DNA of 64,000 bases from an uncultured Chloroflexia bacterium. GTDB lineage: Bacteria; Chloroflexota; Anaerolineae; CG2-30-64-16. How positions within the stretch are numbered: the stretch's first letter is position 1; each line of letters opens with the position of its first letter. The DNA lies in contig CAWEMM010000006.1 of assembly GCA_963810095.1 (NCBI GenBank), positions 544,001 through 608,000 of the forward strand, written 5' to 3'. Positions 40,612-49,376 of this stretch are shown in pieces. Position numbers and translations under genes: made by a program. The notes beneath the pieces are model-generated. The model ran no database searches. It saw only the letters and a program-made list of their open reading frames with translations, and was not told the origin of the DNA.

Positions 40612-40993
40612 GCCTCTGCTTGGGATGCCAAGCGTGGCCTCGGCTCGTATACTCCCAAACAGGAGACGTCATCAGATGTAACCGGCGGTCGGGCGCGTGT
40701 GTGGGGAGCGAACTACGCGGGCGCGCAACCGACATGCGCGCCACAGCACTCCGTTTGAGTAGCTTGTCACAAATGACCCGAACGAACTAAGAGAGCAAGG
40801 CGCAAAGCAGTGACTCTCTCCTTTCGCTATGAGGCTTGCTCGATCTGGCGGGCCGAGCCGGGACAGCCTCACACATACGGGGAACGTAAGGCATTATACA
40901 TTAATGCCGCCGTGTGCAAAATGCGCCAAGTTGTGCAAAAGCACTAGGCGAGGAACGCGCATCTCTGGGCCAGACAGCGCGCGTTGAAAGAAC

Positions 40994-41629
40994 TTACTTG
41001 GTCTGCGCAGGATTTTGTTGTCGCGACTCATCCTTGCGGCTGCCAGAGCGCAGGTAGAACATGGCCCCCAAGACGGCAACCACTGCGACAAACGGGATCC
41101 CGACGAGGATAACGGTGCTGATGGAACGCTGGGGCGACACCGTCTGCAGGAACTTCACTTCGCTGCGGCCCAGCGCGCCGCTTACCCGCACCACGCCGCT
41201 ATAGGCGCCTTCCTGGGCGACCGGAACGTGGGCCGCGTAGTCGATCTCATTCCCGGCGTTCTGGTGAGTGGCCGGCTGATTAAGCACAACTGCCCCGTCC
41301 GCACTGGTCAGTTCCACGTCCACCTGCGCATCGCGCACCTTCGCCCCCGACTGCGGGTCAGACACACGGACGACAAAGGTGACCGTGCCGGTCGTGGCCG
41401 GATTGGGCGACGATGTGATGAGCAGGCGATAGGGACCGACCACCTCGTCCCCGGTGATCAAGCGGGAGCCGCCGCCCGGCCCGAGGTTTTCGGCCGCCGC
41501 AGCCCCGGCGGTCAGCATCACCAGGATCAAGACCATGCAGCCCACCAGGAGCCAGCGAAGGGCACCGCCGGCGCGCCAGTGCGCCTCGTGCCCTTGATCT
41601 CCGCCTTGAACTGGATGTCTGAGCGTCAT
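40994..41629 (-). CDS. YtkA/FixH-like Ig-fold protein with signal peptide and C-terminal TM
   Basis: Signal ending AAAA, SPNPATTG, DAQV.V, EGAYSG.VRV beta-sandwich pattern, C-terminal TM. Confidence 0.6.
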   Translation of the reverse strand: MTLRHPVQGGDQGHEAHWRAGGALRWLLVGCMVLILVMLTAGAAAAENLGPGGGSRLITGDEVVGPYRLLITSSPNPATTGTVTFVVRVSDPQSGAKVRDAQVDVELTSADGAVVLNQPATHQNAGNEIDYAAHVPVAQEGAYSGVVRVSGALGRSEVKFLQTVSPQRSISTVILVGIPFVAVVAVLGAMFYLRSGSRKDESRQQNPAQTK

Positions 41630-41656
41630 GTCACTTCACCCCGTAACCACTGAGAT

Positions 41657-41688
41657 AGACCTTCGGGGTTTGGCAAACCCAAAGGTCT
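41657..41688. repeat. Family B hairpin
   Basis: AGACCTTCGGGGTTTGGCAAACCCAAAGGTCT, closely similar to 29971-30001. Confidence 0.75.
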
Positions 41689-41718
41689 GTCGCTCCCAAG
41701 CACATCTCGCCGGCCGCC

Positions 41719-43282
41719 TTAGTTGGGCGCCACCATCATCAGCGTCCCGCGCATCTCCATCGGCTGCAGCATGATCCAGATGCCGAAGCCTAACATCAGC
41801 AGCACGACGACGATCCAGGGCAAGGCCGCGGCGAGGGCCTGGCCGGGGGTCGTGCGAGCGCGTGCCGGATCGTTTGTCGCAATCTGCACGGCCGTGATCA
41901 GCGAAACTGTGGCGCCGAGATACAGCAGCGCGGCCTCGATCGGAAACAGCCAGGGCTGGGGGACTAACGGGCCCAGGTCCCAACGCACTTGCCCCCCAAA
42001 CAGCCCGACGTCGGCCAGGAACGACTGCAGCACGGGCACGATGGTCAGCCCGCCCGTAAGGAAGTGGAACCCGTAATGGGCGAGCCACATGCCGAAACCC
42101 ATGGGCGCCAGCGTCCAGACGTAGCGCCGGACCACCGTGTCGAGCCGGGCGCCGGCAAGCTGCGTCCGCGTAAGCCATCCGGCGGCGCCGAGCAAAATGG
42201 CAGGCAAGATAACCAGGCCGAGCACAAAGATCAGCGCCAGTCCGGGGCCCCGCGAACTGGTGTTGAGCGCCCGGGCCAGCGCGGCCTGCAGGCCATAGAC
42301 CGGCTTGATCATGTTGAACGCGTTGAGGAACGCGCCAAAGGTGAACACGATGGCGAGCGCAGCCAGGTCCCAGCGCTGCGAGAAACGGCCGATCCCCGAG
42401 CGCCACGGGTCGGTCCACGAGCTCCTTCGACGGCGTGCGCCCAATTATGCCGATGTTGTCGCACGGGCAGGCGTGGATGCAGTCCAGGCAGAACGTGCAG
42501 TCCATGTTGCCCACCTTGCGCTGCTGAAAGAGGTTGAGCTCGCAGCCGCGCGCGGCGCCGAACCCCGCCTCCCGCCGTGTGGACACGGGGAGCGCACCGG
42601 CTTGCCAACCGGGCGCGGCGGATAAGGGCGTGAGGTCAAGCTGCACGTTGGAAGCAGCGTGCCGCCCCGCCGTGATGCAGTCCTTCGTGCGGCACCCCTC
42701 GCACACCCCTGGCTCGCGGACGGCGATTTCGAGCGGCGAGAAGAGCGAACCGAAGAAGTTAAACTGGCCCAGCGGGCAGATGTGTTTGCAGAACGCGGCG
42801 CCCTGGAACACCGTGTCGACGGCGAACGCCGTTGCGAAATAAGCCAGCGCGACCCACGCCGTCCACCACGGCGTCGACCACAGGGCGAAGATCTCGTAGG
42901 CGAAGAAAAAGAGCACCACGAGCCCGACCGCGAGCCATTTGTTCCGCAGCCAGCCGGGCACGGTGCGGCCGCCCCCCAGCCAGTGCTCGCGCACCCATCG
43001 CCCGCCGCGCCTCGTCAGCATGAAGGGACATGCCATGCAGAAGAGATTGCCGGCCACCAACAACGCCAGGACGACGAGCCCCCGGTAATGGAGCCACGCG
43101 CCCACCGTAGCCAGGTTCTTGGGCGCGAGCTGCGGGCCCACCAGGCCGTCGAAAATCATCCAGCCGGCGAGCAGGAGGACGGGGACCTGCATCGCCAGGC
43201 GCGCGTGCCGCCACTTGAGGAAGCGGCCGACGACCGGCCAGGTCAGAACGTCGACGCGTCGAGACCGAGCAATCGGAACCAT
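41719..43282 (-). CDS. Polytopic membrane 4Fe-4S protein (FesM/CcoG/NosR-like; frameshift near 42418)
   Basis: FCMACPF, FCKHICPLG, CEGCRTKDC, CTFCLDCIHACP; the TM-rich C-terminal half continues in ORF 41719-42444. Confidence 0.8.
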
Positions 43283-43293
43283 AACAGGTGTTT

Positions 43294-43367
43294 ACCACAA
43301 AGACACGACGACACGACGGTCGGACAGGCAGCTCCTGGCGCTCCCTGTGTCACGGTGTCCCTGGGCT
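43294..43367. repeat. Family D 8-bp-periodic hairpin, degenerate copy
   Basis: ACCACAAAG-ACACGACG-ACACGACG left arm nearly identical to the 58186 copy; decayed right arm. Confidence 0.65.
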
Positions 43368-43373
43368 TCCTTT

Positions 43374-43847
43374 CTACTTTACGTCAACCGGAAACTGCCG
43401 CTTCACGACGTCGCCATTAGGCAGCGTGATCTTCACGTCCACATACCAGGCGCCGCCCATGGACCAGTTAAGCGGCAGGCGATACTCTCCGTCCGCGCCG
43501 TTTGCCGACGTGGCGCGCTCGGGCGTCATGCCCGCATGGGCCATATTCGCTTCAATCGACACCTGGCTCGCTGCAACGCCCCGGCCCTGCTGGTCCTTAA
43601 TCGTGACAATGATGACCCCCGCGCCTTGGTTGGGCGAGGCGGGCTCGGTGGCGAAGGTCACCTGGTAGTCGTCTTTCGTCTCCGTCACCGCAGACTGGCT
43701 CCGCCCGCAGCCGGCCGCGACCACCAGGAGCAAGGATAGCGCGGCCAGCAACAAGAACGCCCTGCGCGGGCTGCACAGGGCGTTGCGGGTCGGCCGGAGA
43801 ACTGCGCCTGGGGCACCCGTGCCTTCCCAGAACATGCCGTACCTCAC
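43374..43847 (-). CDS. YtkA/FixH-family (CtaK-like) lipoprotein, putative Cu chaperone
   Basis: Lipobox AAGC, MAHAGM motif, GEYR....SMGG.W.V.V. Confidence 0.8.
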   Translation of the reverse strand: MRYGMFWEGTGAPGAVLRPTRNALCSPRRAFLLLAALSLLLVVAAGCGRSQSAVTETKDDYQVTFATEPASPNQGAGVIIVTIKDQQGRGVAASQVSIEANMAHAGMTPERATSANGADGEYRLPLNWSMGGAWYVDVKITLPNGDVVKRQFPVDVK

Positions 43848-43848
43848 C

Positions 43849-44172
43849 TCAGTTTAGCAGCGTCACGATGACGAACGGAATCACCAGCACGAACGGAATG
43901 AAGAAGATGAAGCTGAACCACTTGCTGTCGTACTTCAGGTGCATGAAGTACAGCAGGACCAGCGCAATCTTCAGAAACGACATCCCAAGAATAAAGGGCG
44001 CATGCGGAATCCCCCGGATATAGACGATGCCGACCTCGAAGACGGTCAGGAGCAGCAGGGCCAGGAACACCAGCAGGTACCGCGGGTGGTGCTGGTGCTC
44101 GGTATCTGTCGGCTCGTTCGGCTCGGCCGCGTAGCTGACGTGGGGCGAGTGTTCGTGTTCTAGTTCGCTCAT
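43849..44172 (-). CDS. ctaF: Cytochrome c oxidase subunit IV
   Basis: YLLVF.AL..LT..E, K..LV.LYFMHLKYD. Confidence 0.9.
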   Translation of the reverse strand: MSELEHEHSPHVSYAAEPNEPTDTEHQHHPRYLLVFLALLLLTVFEVGIVYIRGIPHAPFILGMSFLKIALVLLYFMHLKYDSKWFSFIFFIPFVLVIPFVIVTLLN

Positions 44173-44182
44173 GTCGTCCGCC

Positions 44183-44767
44183 TTATAGCAGGTAGATCAA
44201 CGGGAACAGCAGGATCCAGACGATGTCGACGTAGTGCCAGTACAGGCCGAAGATCTCGATCCGCATGTAGTTGTGCGCCGAGAACCGGCCCTGGAAGGTC
44301 TGGCGGATGAGCCAGGCGCACCAGCACAAGCCGATGAACACATGGAAGCCGTGAAAACCGGTGACCGTGTAGAAGCCAGACCCGAACAGGCTGCCGGAAG
44401 GCGTGAAGCCCTCGCCGATCAGGTGGATGTATTCATAGACCTGCACGCCAAGGAAGGTGGACCCCAGGGCAAGTGTGGCGAAAAGGAAGATCTTCGTCTT
44501 GCGGCGGTCGCCGTTCATGATCGCCTGCAGCGCCAGGACCAGGGTCGTGCTGGAGATGATCAGGATGAACGTATTGACTGCGGTCAGCGGGATGTTCAAG
44601 ATGTCGTTGGCGGTTTCGGGGCTGCGCGCCTTCATCTGGAGCATCGCGGCGATCAGCCCCGAGAACAACATGACCTCAGTCACCAGGAAGAGCCACATGC
44701 CCAGCTTGCGGTTGTCGATCCCCGTGCTGGTATTGGTGGCGTCAACAGTCATCGTTGAATGGCTCAT
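44183..44767 (-). CDS. ctaE: Cytochrome c oxidase subunit III
   Basis: GMWLFL.TEVMLF, NTFILIISS, TGFHGFHV, GLYWHYVD.VW. Confidence 0.93.
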   Translation of the reverse strand: MSHSTMTVDATNTSTGIDNRKLGMWLFLVTEVMLFSGLIAAMLQMKARSPETANDILNIPLTAVNTFILIISSTTLVLALQAIMNGDRRKTKIFLFATLALGSTFLGVQVYEYIHLIGEGFTPSGSLFGSGFYTVTGFHGFHVFIGLCWCAWLIRQTFQGRFSAHNYMRIEIFGLYWHYVDIVWILLFPLIYLL

Positions 44768-44775
44768 GGCTCCTC

Positions 44776-46416
44776 CTAAGCCTCGACCGGCGCAGGGATC
44801 GGTTGTTCGCCGTACCCATACGGATCGTCGAATACCTCGGGCTCATTTTCGAAGTTATGGATGGGCGGCGGGGACGAGACCGTCCACTCCAGCCCCAGGG
44901 CCCGCCACGGATTCGGGCCCGCCACCGCGCCCCGCTTCAGGCTGACCAGCGCGTTGTACAGGAAGGGCAGCGTACTCAGGCCGAGGATGATCGCGCCCAC
45001 CGTCGAGAGCATGTTGCCGCTCTTGAAGGCGGGGTCGTAGTCGGCCACCCGCCGCGGCATCCCGTCGAGCCCGATGACATGCTGGGGCAGGAATGCCATG
45101 TTGAAGCCGATGAAGGTGAGCCAGAAATGCAGCTGACCCAGCCGCTCGTTCAGCATCCGGCCAGTAATCTTCGGGTACCAGTAATACAGGCCCGAGTAGA
45201 GCGCCATCACACTTCCGCCAAAGAGCACGTAATGGAGGTGTGCGACGACGAAGTACGTGTCCTGCACATGGATGTCGATGGGCACGGAGGCCAGGAAGAT
45301 GCCGCTCAGCCCGCCGATCACAAACAGCGAAATGAACGCCAGCGCGAACATCATGGAGGTCGTAAAGCGCAGCTTGCCGCCCCAGATCGTCGCCAGCCAG
45401 GAGAAGATCTTCACGCCGGTCGGCACGGCAATGATCATGGAGGTGATCATGAAGGGCACCCGCAGCCACGGGTCCATGCCCGAGGTGAACATGTGATGTG
45501 CCCAGACCAGGAAGCCGAAGATGCCGATCGCCAGGCTGGAGAAAGCGATCAGCTTATAGCCGAAGATGGGCTTCCGGCTGAACACCGGCAGCACCTCTGA
45601 GATGATGCCGAAGCCGGGCAGGATCATGATGTAGACCGCGGGGTGCGAGTAGAACCAGAACAGGTTCTGCCACATCAGCGGATCGCCGCCGGCCGAGGCA
45701 GTAAAGAACAGGGTGCCGAGCACCCGGCTGAAGATCAGCATGAACAAGGCCGCGGAGAGGATCGGCGTGCCCATGAGGATGATGATCGACGTGGAGACGA
45801 CCGCCCAGGCCATCAGCGGCAGGCGCATGAGCGTCATGCCCTTGCAGCGCATATTGAAGATGGTGACCAGGAAGTTGATCGCGCTGAACATCGACGAGAA
45901 GCCGATGAACTGGAGCGCAAGCGCCCACAGCGTCTGCCCGTTGGGGGTAGTCAGGCTCAGCGGCGCGTAGGCGGTCCAGCCGCTCTCGGCCCCGCCCACC
46001 CAGAACGCGGCCAGCATCAGAAGCGCGCCCGGGATGTTCAGCCAGAACGACAGCGCGTTGAGCCGCGGGAAGGCCATGTCGCGCTGGCCCAATTGCAGCG
46101 GGATGATGAAGTTAGCGGCGCCGACAAAGGCAGGGATGATCCAGAAGAAGATCATGAACGTGCCATGCAGCGTGAAGAGCTGGTTGTAGCCGCTGCCGCT
46201 GACGAACTGCGTGCCGGGCGAGGCCAGCTCCAGCCGGATCAGCTCGGCCAGCAAGCCGCCCACCATGAAGAAAATAAAGGCAAACGCAATGTACTGGATG
46301 CCGATTACTTTGTGATCGGTATTGAAGGTGAAGTAATCCTGCCACTTCACCGCGCCGTGGCGCACGAAGCCGCGCCGATCCGCCGGCAGTTCGGGGGCTA
46401 CATCAATCGCTCCCAT
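44776..46416 (-). CDS. ctaD: Cytochrome c oxidase subunit I, A2 type
   Basis: TDHKVIG, TLHG, DMAFPRLN, WFYSHPAVY (YS motif = A2), WAHHMF, VAHLHY, GMPRR. Confidence 0.96.
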   Translation of the reverse strand: MGAIDVAPELPADRRGFVRHGAVKWQDYFTFNTDHKVIGIQYIAFAFIFFMVGGLLAELIRLELASPGTQFVSGSGYNQLFTLHGTFMIFFWIIPAFVGAANFIIPLQLGQRDMAFPRLNALSFWLNIPGALLMLAAFWVGGAESGWTAYAPLSLTTPNGQTLWALALQFIGFSSMFSAINFLVTIFNMRCKGMTLMRLPLMAWAVVSTSIIILMGTPILSAALFMLIFSRVLGTLFFTASAGGDPLMWQNLFWFYSHPAVYIMILPGFGIISEVLPVFSRKPIFGYKLIAFSSLAIGIFGFLVWAHHMFTSGMDPWLRVPFMITSMIIAVPTGVKIFSWLATIWGGKLRFTTSMMFALAFISLFVIGGLSGIFLASVPIDIHVQDTYFVVAHLHYVLFGGSVMALYSGLYYWYPKITGRMLNERLGQLHFWLTFIGFNMAFLPQHVIGLDGMPRRVADYDPAFKSGNMLSTVGAIILGLSTLPFLYNALVSLKRGAVAGPNPWRALGLEWTVSSPPPIHNFENEPEVFDDPYGYGEQPIPAPVEA

Positions 46417-46428
46417 CGTCGCTTCACC

Positions 46429-47505
46429 TCACTTCATCTGTGCGAGATAGTTGACGAGTGCATCGAGATCCGGCTGAGCGAGGCGCTGCCCGTAATCCTG
46501 GGGCATCACATTGGCCGGGAAATTGGGAACCACGTAGGCGTTCGGCTTGACGATCGACTCGTGAATGTACTCCTCCACGGATCTGCCCGCTTCCCGCGTC
46601 CCTGCGACGGAGGCGATGCCGTCCAGCTTTGGGCCGATCGCGCCGGCAGCCCCGGCGTCCTGAAGTGCATGGCAAGCATTGCACCCGCTGGCGTTGAAGA
46701 CCTGGCGTCCGCGCGTGAGCGGATCGGCAGGATTGGCCGCAGCCTGCGCGGCAGCCTTCTGCTGACCGGCCAGCCAGGCGCGGAAGTCGGCGTCCGATTG
46801 TACAACTACTTGTGAACGCATCACCGCGTGACCCGCGCCGCACAGCTCCGTACAGACGATCGGGAAGGAGCCGGTCTCCGTCGCAGTGATACGGGTTTCC
46901 GTGACCCGATCGGGCATCACGTCCTTCTTGATACGCATTTCGGGCACCCAGAAGGCGTGGATCACGTCGTTCGACCGCATCTTGAGTTCGATCTGGCGGT
47001 CGACCGGAATGTGCAGCTCGGTGGATGTGACGTCGGCTTCGGGGTAATAGAACTGCCAGGCAAACTGGAAAGCTTTGACCTCGACGGGCATTGCGTCGGG
47101 CGCGCGCTGGTCGAGAACCCCCAAGGTGCGGTAGCTGACAAAGCCGATAAAGAAGATGGTCAGTGCCGGGATCAGGGTCCAGAAGAACTCGAGTTTGTTG
47201 TTGCCGCGGATGGCCGGGCCATCCGTGTCGTCACCCGGCTGGCGCCCGAAGCGCACGATGGCGTAGAGCAAGGACAACTCGACGATCACGAACACGACGG
47301 TGGCGATGCCCAGAGTCAAGCCAAACAGCTGGTCGATCGCCGTCCCCTGTTTCGACGCCGCGTTGTTGAGGAGGGGATTGTTGATGCCGACCACAAGCCC
47401 GGCAACGACGGCCAGGATGCCAATGACGATAGCGACGAGGCGGCTCGTGGTGTCAAACATCACCGGCTGGCGGCCGGACGCATCGGGACGGGCTGCATGA
47501 GACAT
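46429..47505 (-). CDS. ctaC: Cytochrome c oxidase subunit II with C-terminal cytochrome c (caa3 type)
   Basis: LE..WT..P, DVIHAFWVP, CTELCGAGHAVM CuA motif, CNACH haem c. Confidence 0.94.
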   Translation of the reverse strand: MSHAARPDASGRQPVMFDTTSRLVAIVIGILAVVAGLVVGINNPLLNNAASKQGTAIDQLFGLTLGIATVVFVIVELSLLYAIVRFGRQPGDDTDGPAIRGNNKLEFFWTLIPALTIFFIGFVSYRTLGVLDQRAPDAMPVEVKAFQFAWQFYYPEADVTSTELHIPVDRQIELKMRSNDVIHAFWVPEMRIKKDVMPDRVTETRITATETGSFPIVCTELCGAGHAVMRSQVVVQSDADFRAWLAGQQKAAAQAAANPADPLTRGRQVFNASGCNACHALQDAGAAGAIGPKLDGIASVAGTREAGRSVEEYIHESIVKPNAYVVPNFPANVMPQDYGQRLAQPDLDALVNYLAQMK

Positions 47506-47577
47506 GGCGCGCCTTCTCCAGAAGAACAGTTACCTGACGAGTCGACAGCGGTGCACCGAAAGAACAAGGGCCAGTAA

Positions 47578-47693
47578 GTGAACCTTAAGCCTGGGTGAAT
47601 AGCAACACTAAGTGAAAAGTAACACTCTGGAAAGACGTGGTGCAGTGATGCACGACACTATTAACTCTACCGCCTTATGACGCGGCTTGTCAA
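47578..47693 (-). promoter_or_regulatory. Probable cox operon promoter with a downstream array of operator-like repeats
   Basis: TTGACA-18 bp-TAGAGT (47693-47664); GTGAA-N4-AACACT-like units at 47578, 47595, 47612 (17-bp period) and 47645. Confidence 0.55.
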
Positions 47694-47770
47694 GTGCTTG
47701 TCGCGCCTTGGGACGCGTTTCGGTTACCGGGTGGAAGCACGCTTCCGCCGCCGTGCAGCGTGAAACCCGG

Positions 47771-48556
47771 TCAGACGCGTGGCGGGCGGCCAGCGGGCTT
47801 GCCGGGTCGCGTGCGCTGGTGGTAATACGCAGCGTAGCCTCCGACGGCGATGACCGCAAACGCAAACCATTGGATCGCGTAGAAAAGGTGCGAGCCTTCA
47901 TCCAGGCTGATATCGGGCTGCGGCTTGGGGAAGAAACGCGGGGTCTGGCCCGGAGGCACCTCCTCCTCCAGGTAGACAGCCAACAAGGCGTATGGCAACT
48001 GCTGCCGGATCTTGGGCAAGTCGACCCGGTGCCAAGCATCGACCCGGTTATCGAGCGTAGGCAGTGGGTCGACCGGCGAAATGGAGCCCCGCCGCGTCTC
48101 GCTCTGGCGCAAGACGCCCGTCACCTCGACCTCGCCCGACGCGTTGTGGTACTCGGCACGCTGGGCGGGCGCAGCCGCATCGTACGGGATCCAGCCGCGG
48201 TCCACGAGAATGGCGACGGGCGCGCCTCGCCCGTCGTCACTGCCGGTGATGCGGAGCGGGACGAGCACGTGAACCCCGGGGAGCTCGTTCCAGGTGCGGT
48301 TCCGCAGCACGATCTCCCGATCGTAGTCGTACACGCCGCGCACGGTCGCCCGCCGCAGGTCCGCATCGACAGGGTCGAGGATCTCGCCCGTAACATTGAG
48401 TGCGGGCTGCTCCAGGCGGGCCAGGATGTGAGCGTTGGCTGCCAGCCGCTGGCTACGCCGCTGAAGCTGCCAGCCGCAGAGCACGAGGAACAGAATCGCG
48501 GCCAGCGCGACAAGGATGGTGCTGATGAGCCAGCGGCCCCGAAAAGGCGAGGTCAC
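47771..48556 (-). CDS. SURF1-family heme-copper oxidase assembly protein
   Basis: L.GWQLQR, G.HVLVPL, LVDRGWIP, H..YAIQWF.FA. Confidence 0.9.
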   Translation of the reverse strand: MTSPFRGRWLISTILVALAAILFLVLCGWQLQRRSQRLAANAHILARLEQPALNVTGEILDPVDADLRRATVRGVYDYDREIVLRNRTWNELPGVHVLVPLRITGSDDGRGAPVAILVDRGWIPYDAAAPAQRAEYHNASGEVEVTGVLRQSETRRGSISPVDPLPTLDNRVDAWHRVDLPKIRQQLPYALLAVYLEEEVPPGQTPRFFPKPQPDISLDEGSHLFYAIQWFAFAVIAVGGYAAYYHQRTRPGKPAGRPPRV

Positions 48557-49161
48557 GGTTGGGGAACCTGCGGCGCGGCCAGCCGGCCGTCGAGCCCCAG
48601 GTCGCCGGCGACCAGCTTCATCCCCTCCAGTACGATCCGGACGTGCTCCCAGAGGTCCAGGCCAAGCTCGGCCGCCCCCTGCTCGATGTCGGCCCGGTTA
48701 ACCGCCGCCGCGAAGAGCTTGTCCTTCCACTTCTTCTTGACGGAGCTCACCTCCACGTCGCGGAGGTCCTTGCTCGGCCGCACGTACGCCACGGCCATGA
48801 TCAGCCCGGTGAGTTCGTCGCTGGCATACAGGGCGGAGGCGAGCCGAGTGCGCCGGGGGACGCCAAGGTACGGCGCATGGCCGGCCACCGCCTCGATCAT
48901 CGCCTCGGGATATCCCCACTCGCGAAACATGCGGAGCGCGGTCCGGGGATGGCCGTTGACCTGGTCGTCCATGTCGGGGAAACGCTCGAAGTCAAGATCG
49001 TGCATCAGCGCGGTCACGCCCCAGAACGCTTCATCTTCACCGAAGTACCGTGCGTACGCCCGCACCGCAGCTTCCACTGCCAGCACGTGCTTGCGCAAGC
49101 TGTCGCTCTGAATCCACTCCTGGACGATGGCCCAGGCGCCCGCCCGATCTGGCAGACCCAT
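48553..49161 (-). CDS. HD-domain (HDIG) metal-dependent hydrolase
   Basis: LRKHVLAVE, LMHDLDFE, HP, GHA, ASDELTGLI.A...RP. Confidence 0.88.
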   Translation of the reverse strand: MGLPDRAGAWAIVQEWIQSDSLRKHVLAVEAAVRAYARYFGEDEAFWGVTALMHDLDFERFPDMDDQVNGHPRTALRMFREWGYPEAMIEAVAGHAPYLGVPRRTRLASALYASDELTGLIMAVAYVRPSKDLRDVEVSSVKKKWKDKLFAAAVNRADIEQGAAELGLDLWEHVRIVLEGMKLVAGDLGLDGRLAAPQVPQP

Positions 49162-49376
49162 TTTTCCCTCGCATTCCATACACCGATGATGCGGCCCGAG
49201 CCGTCACGCTCACCTGCGCCGGCCCCAGCCGACCAATCCCCCAGATACCGTCAAATGCCCGATGGCACGTCGTGTAACAGATCATATAATAAAGGTGCGT
49301 TTGCACAAAGGGCGAACGCAATATTTCAATGATCGGGAACTGGCGAAGGACCTGAGCCAGGGGCCAAACAACCAGA

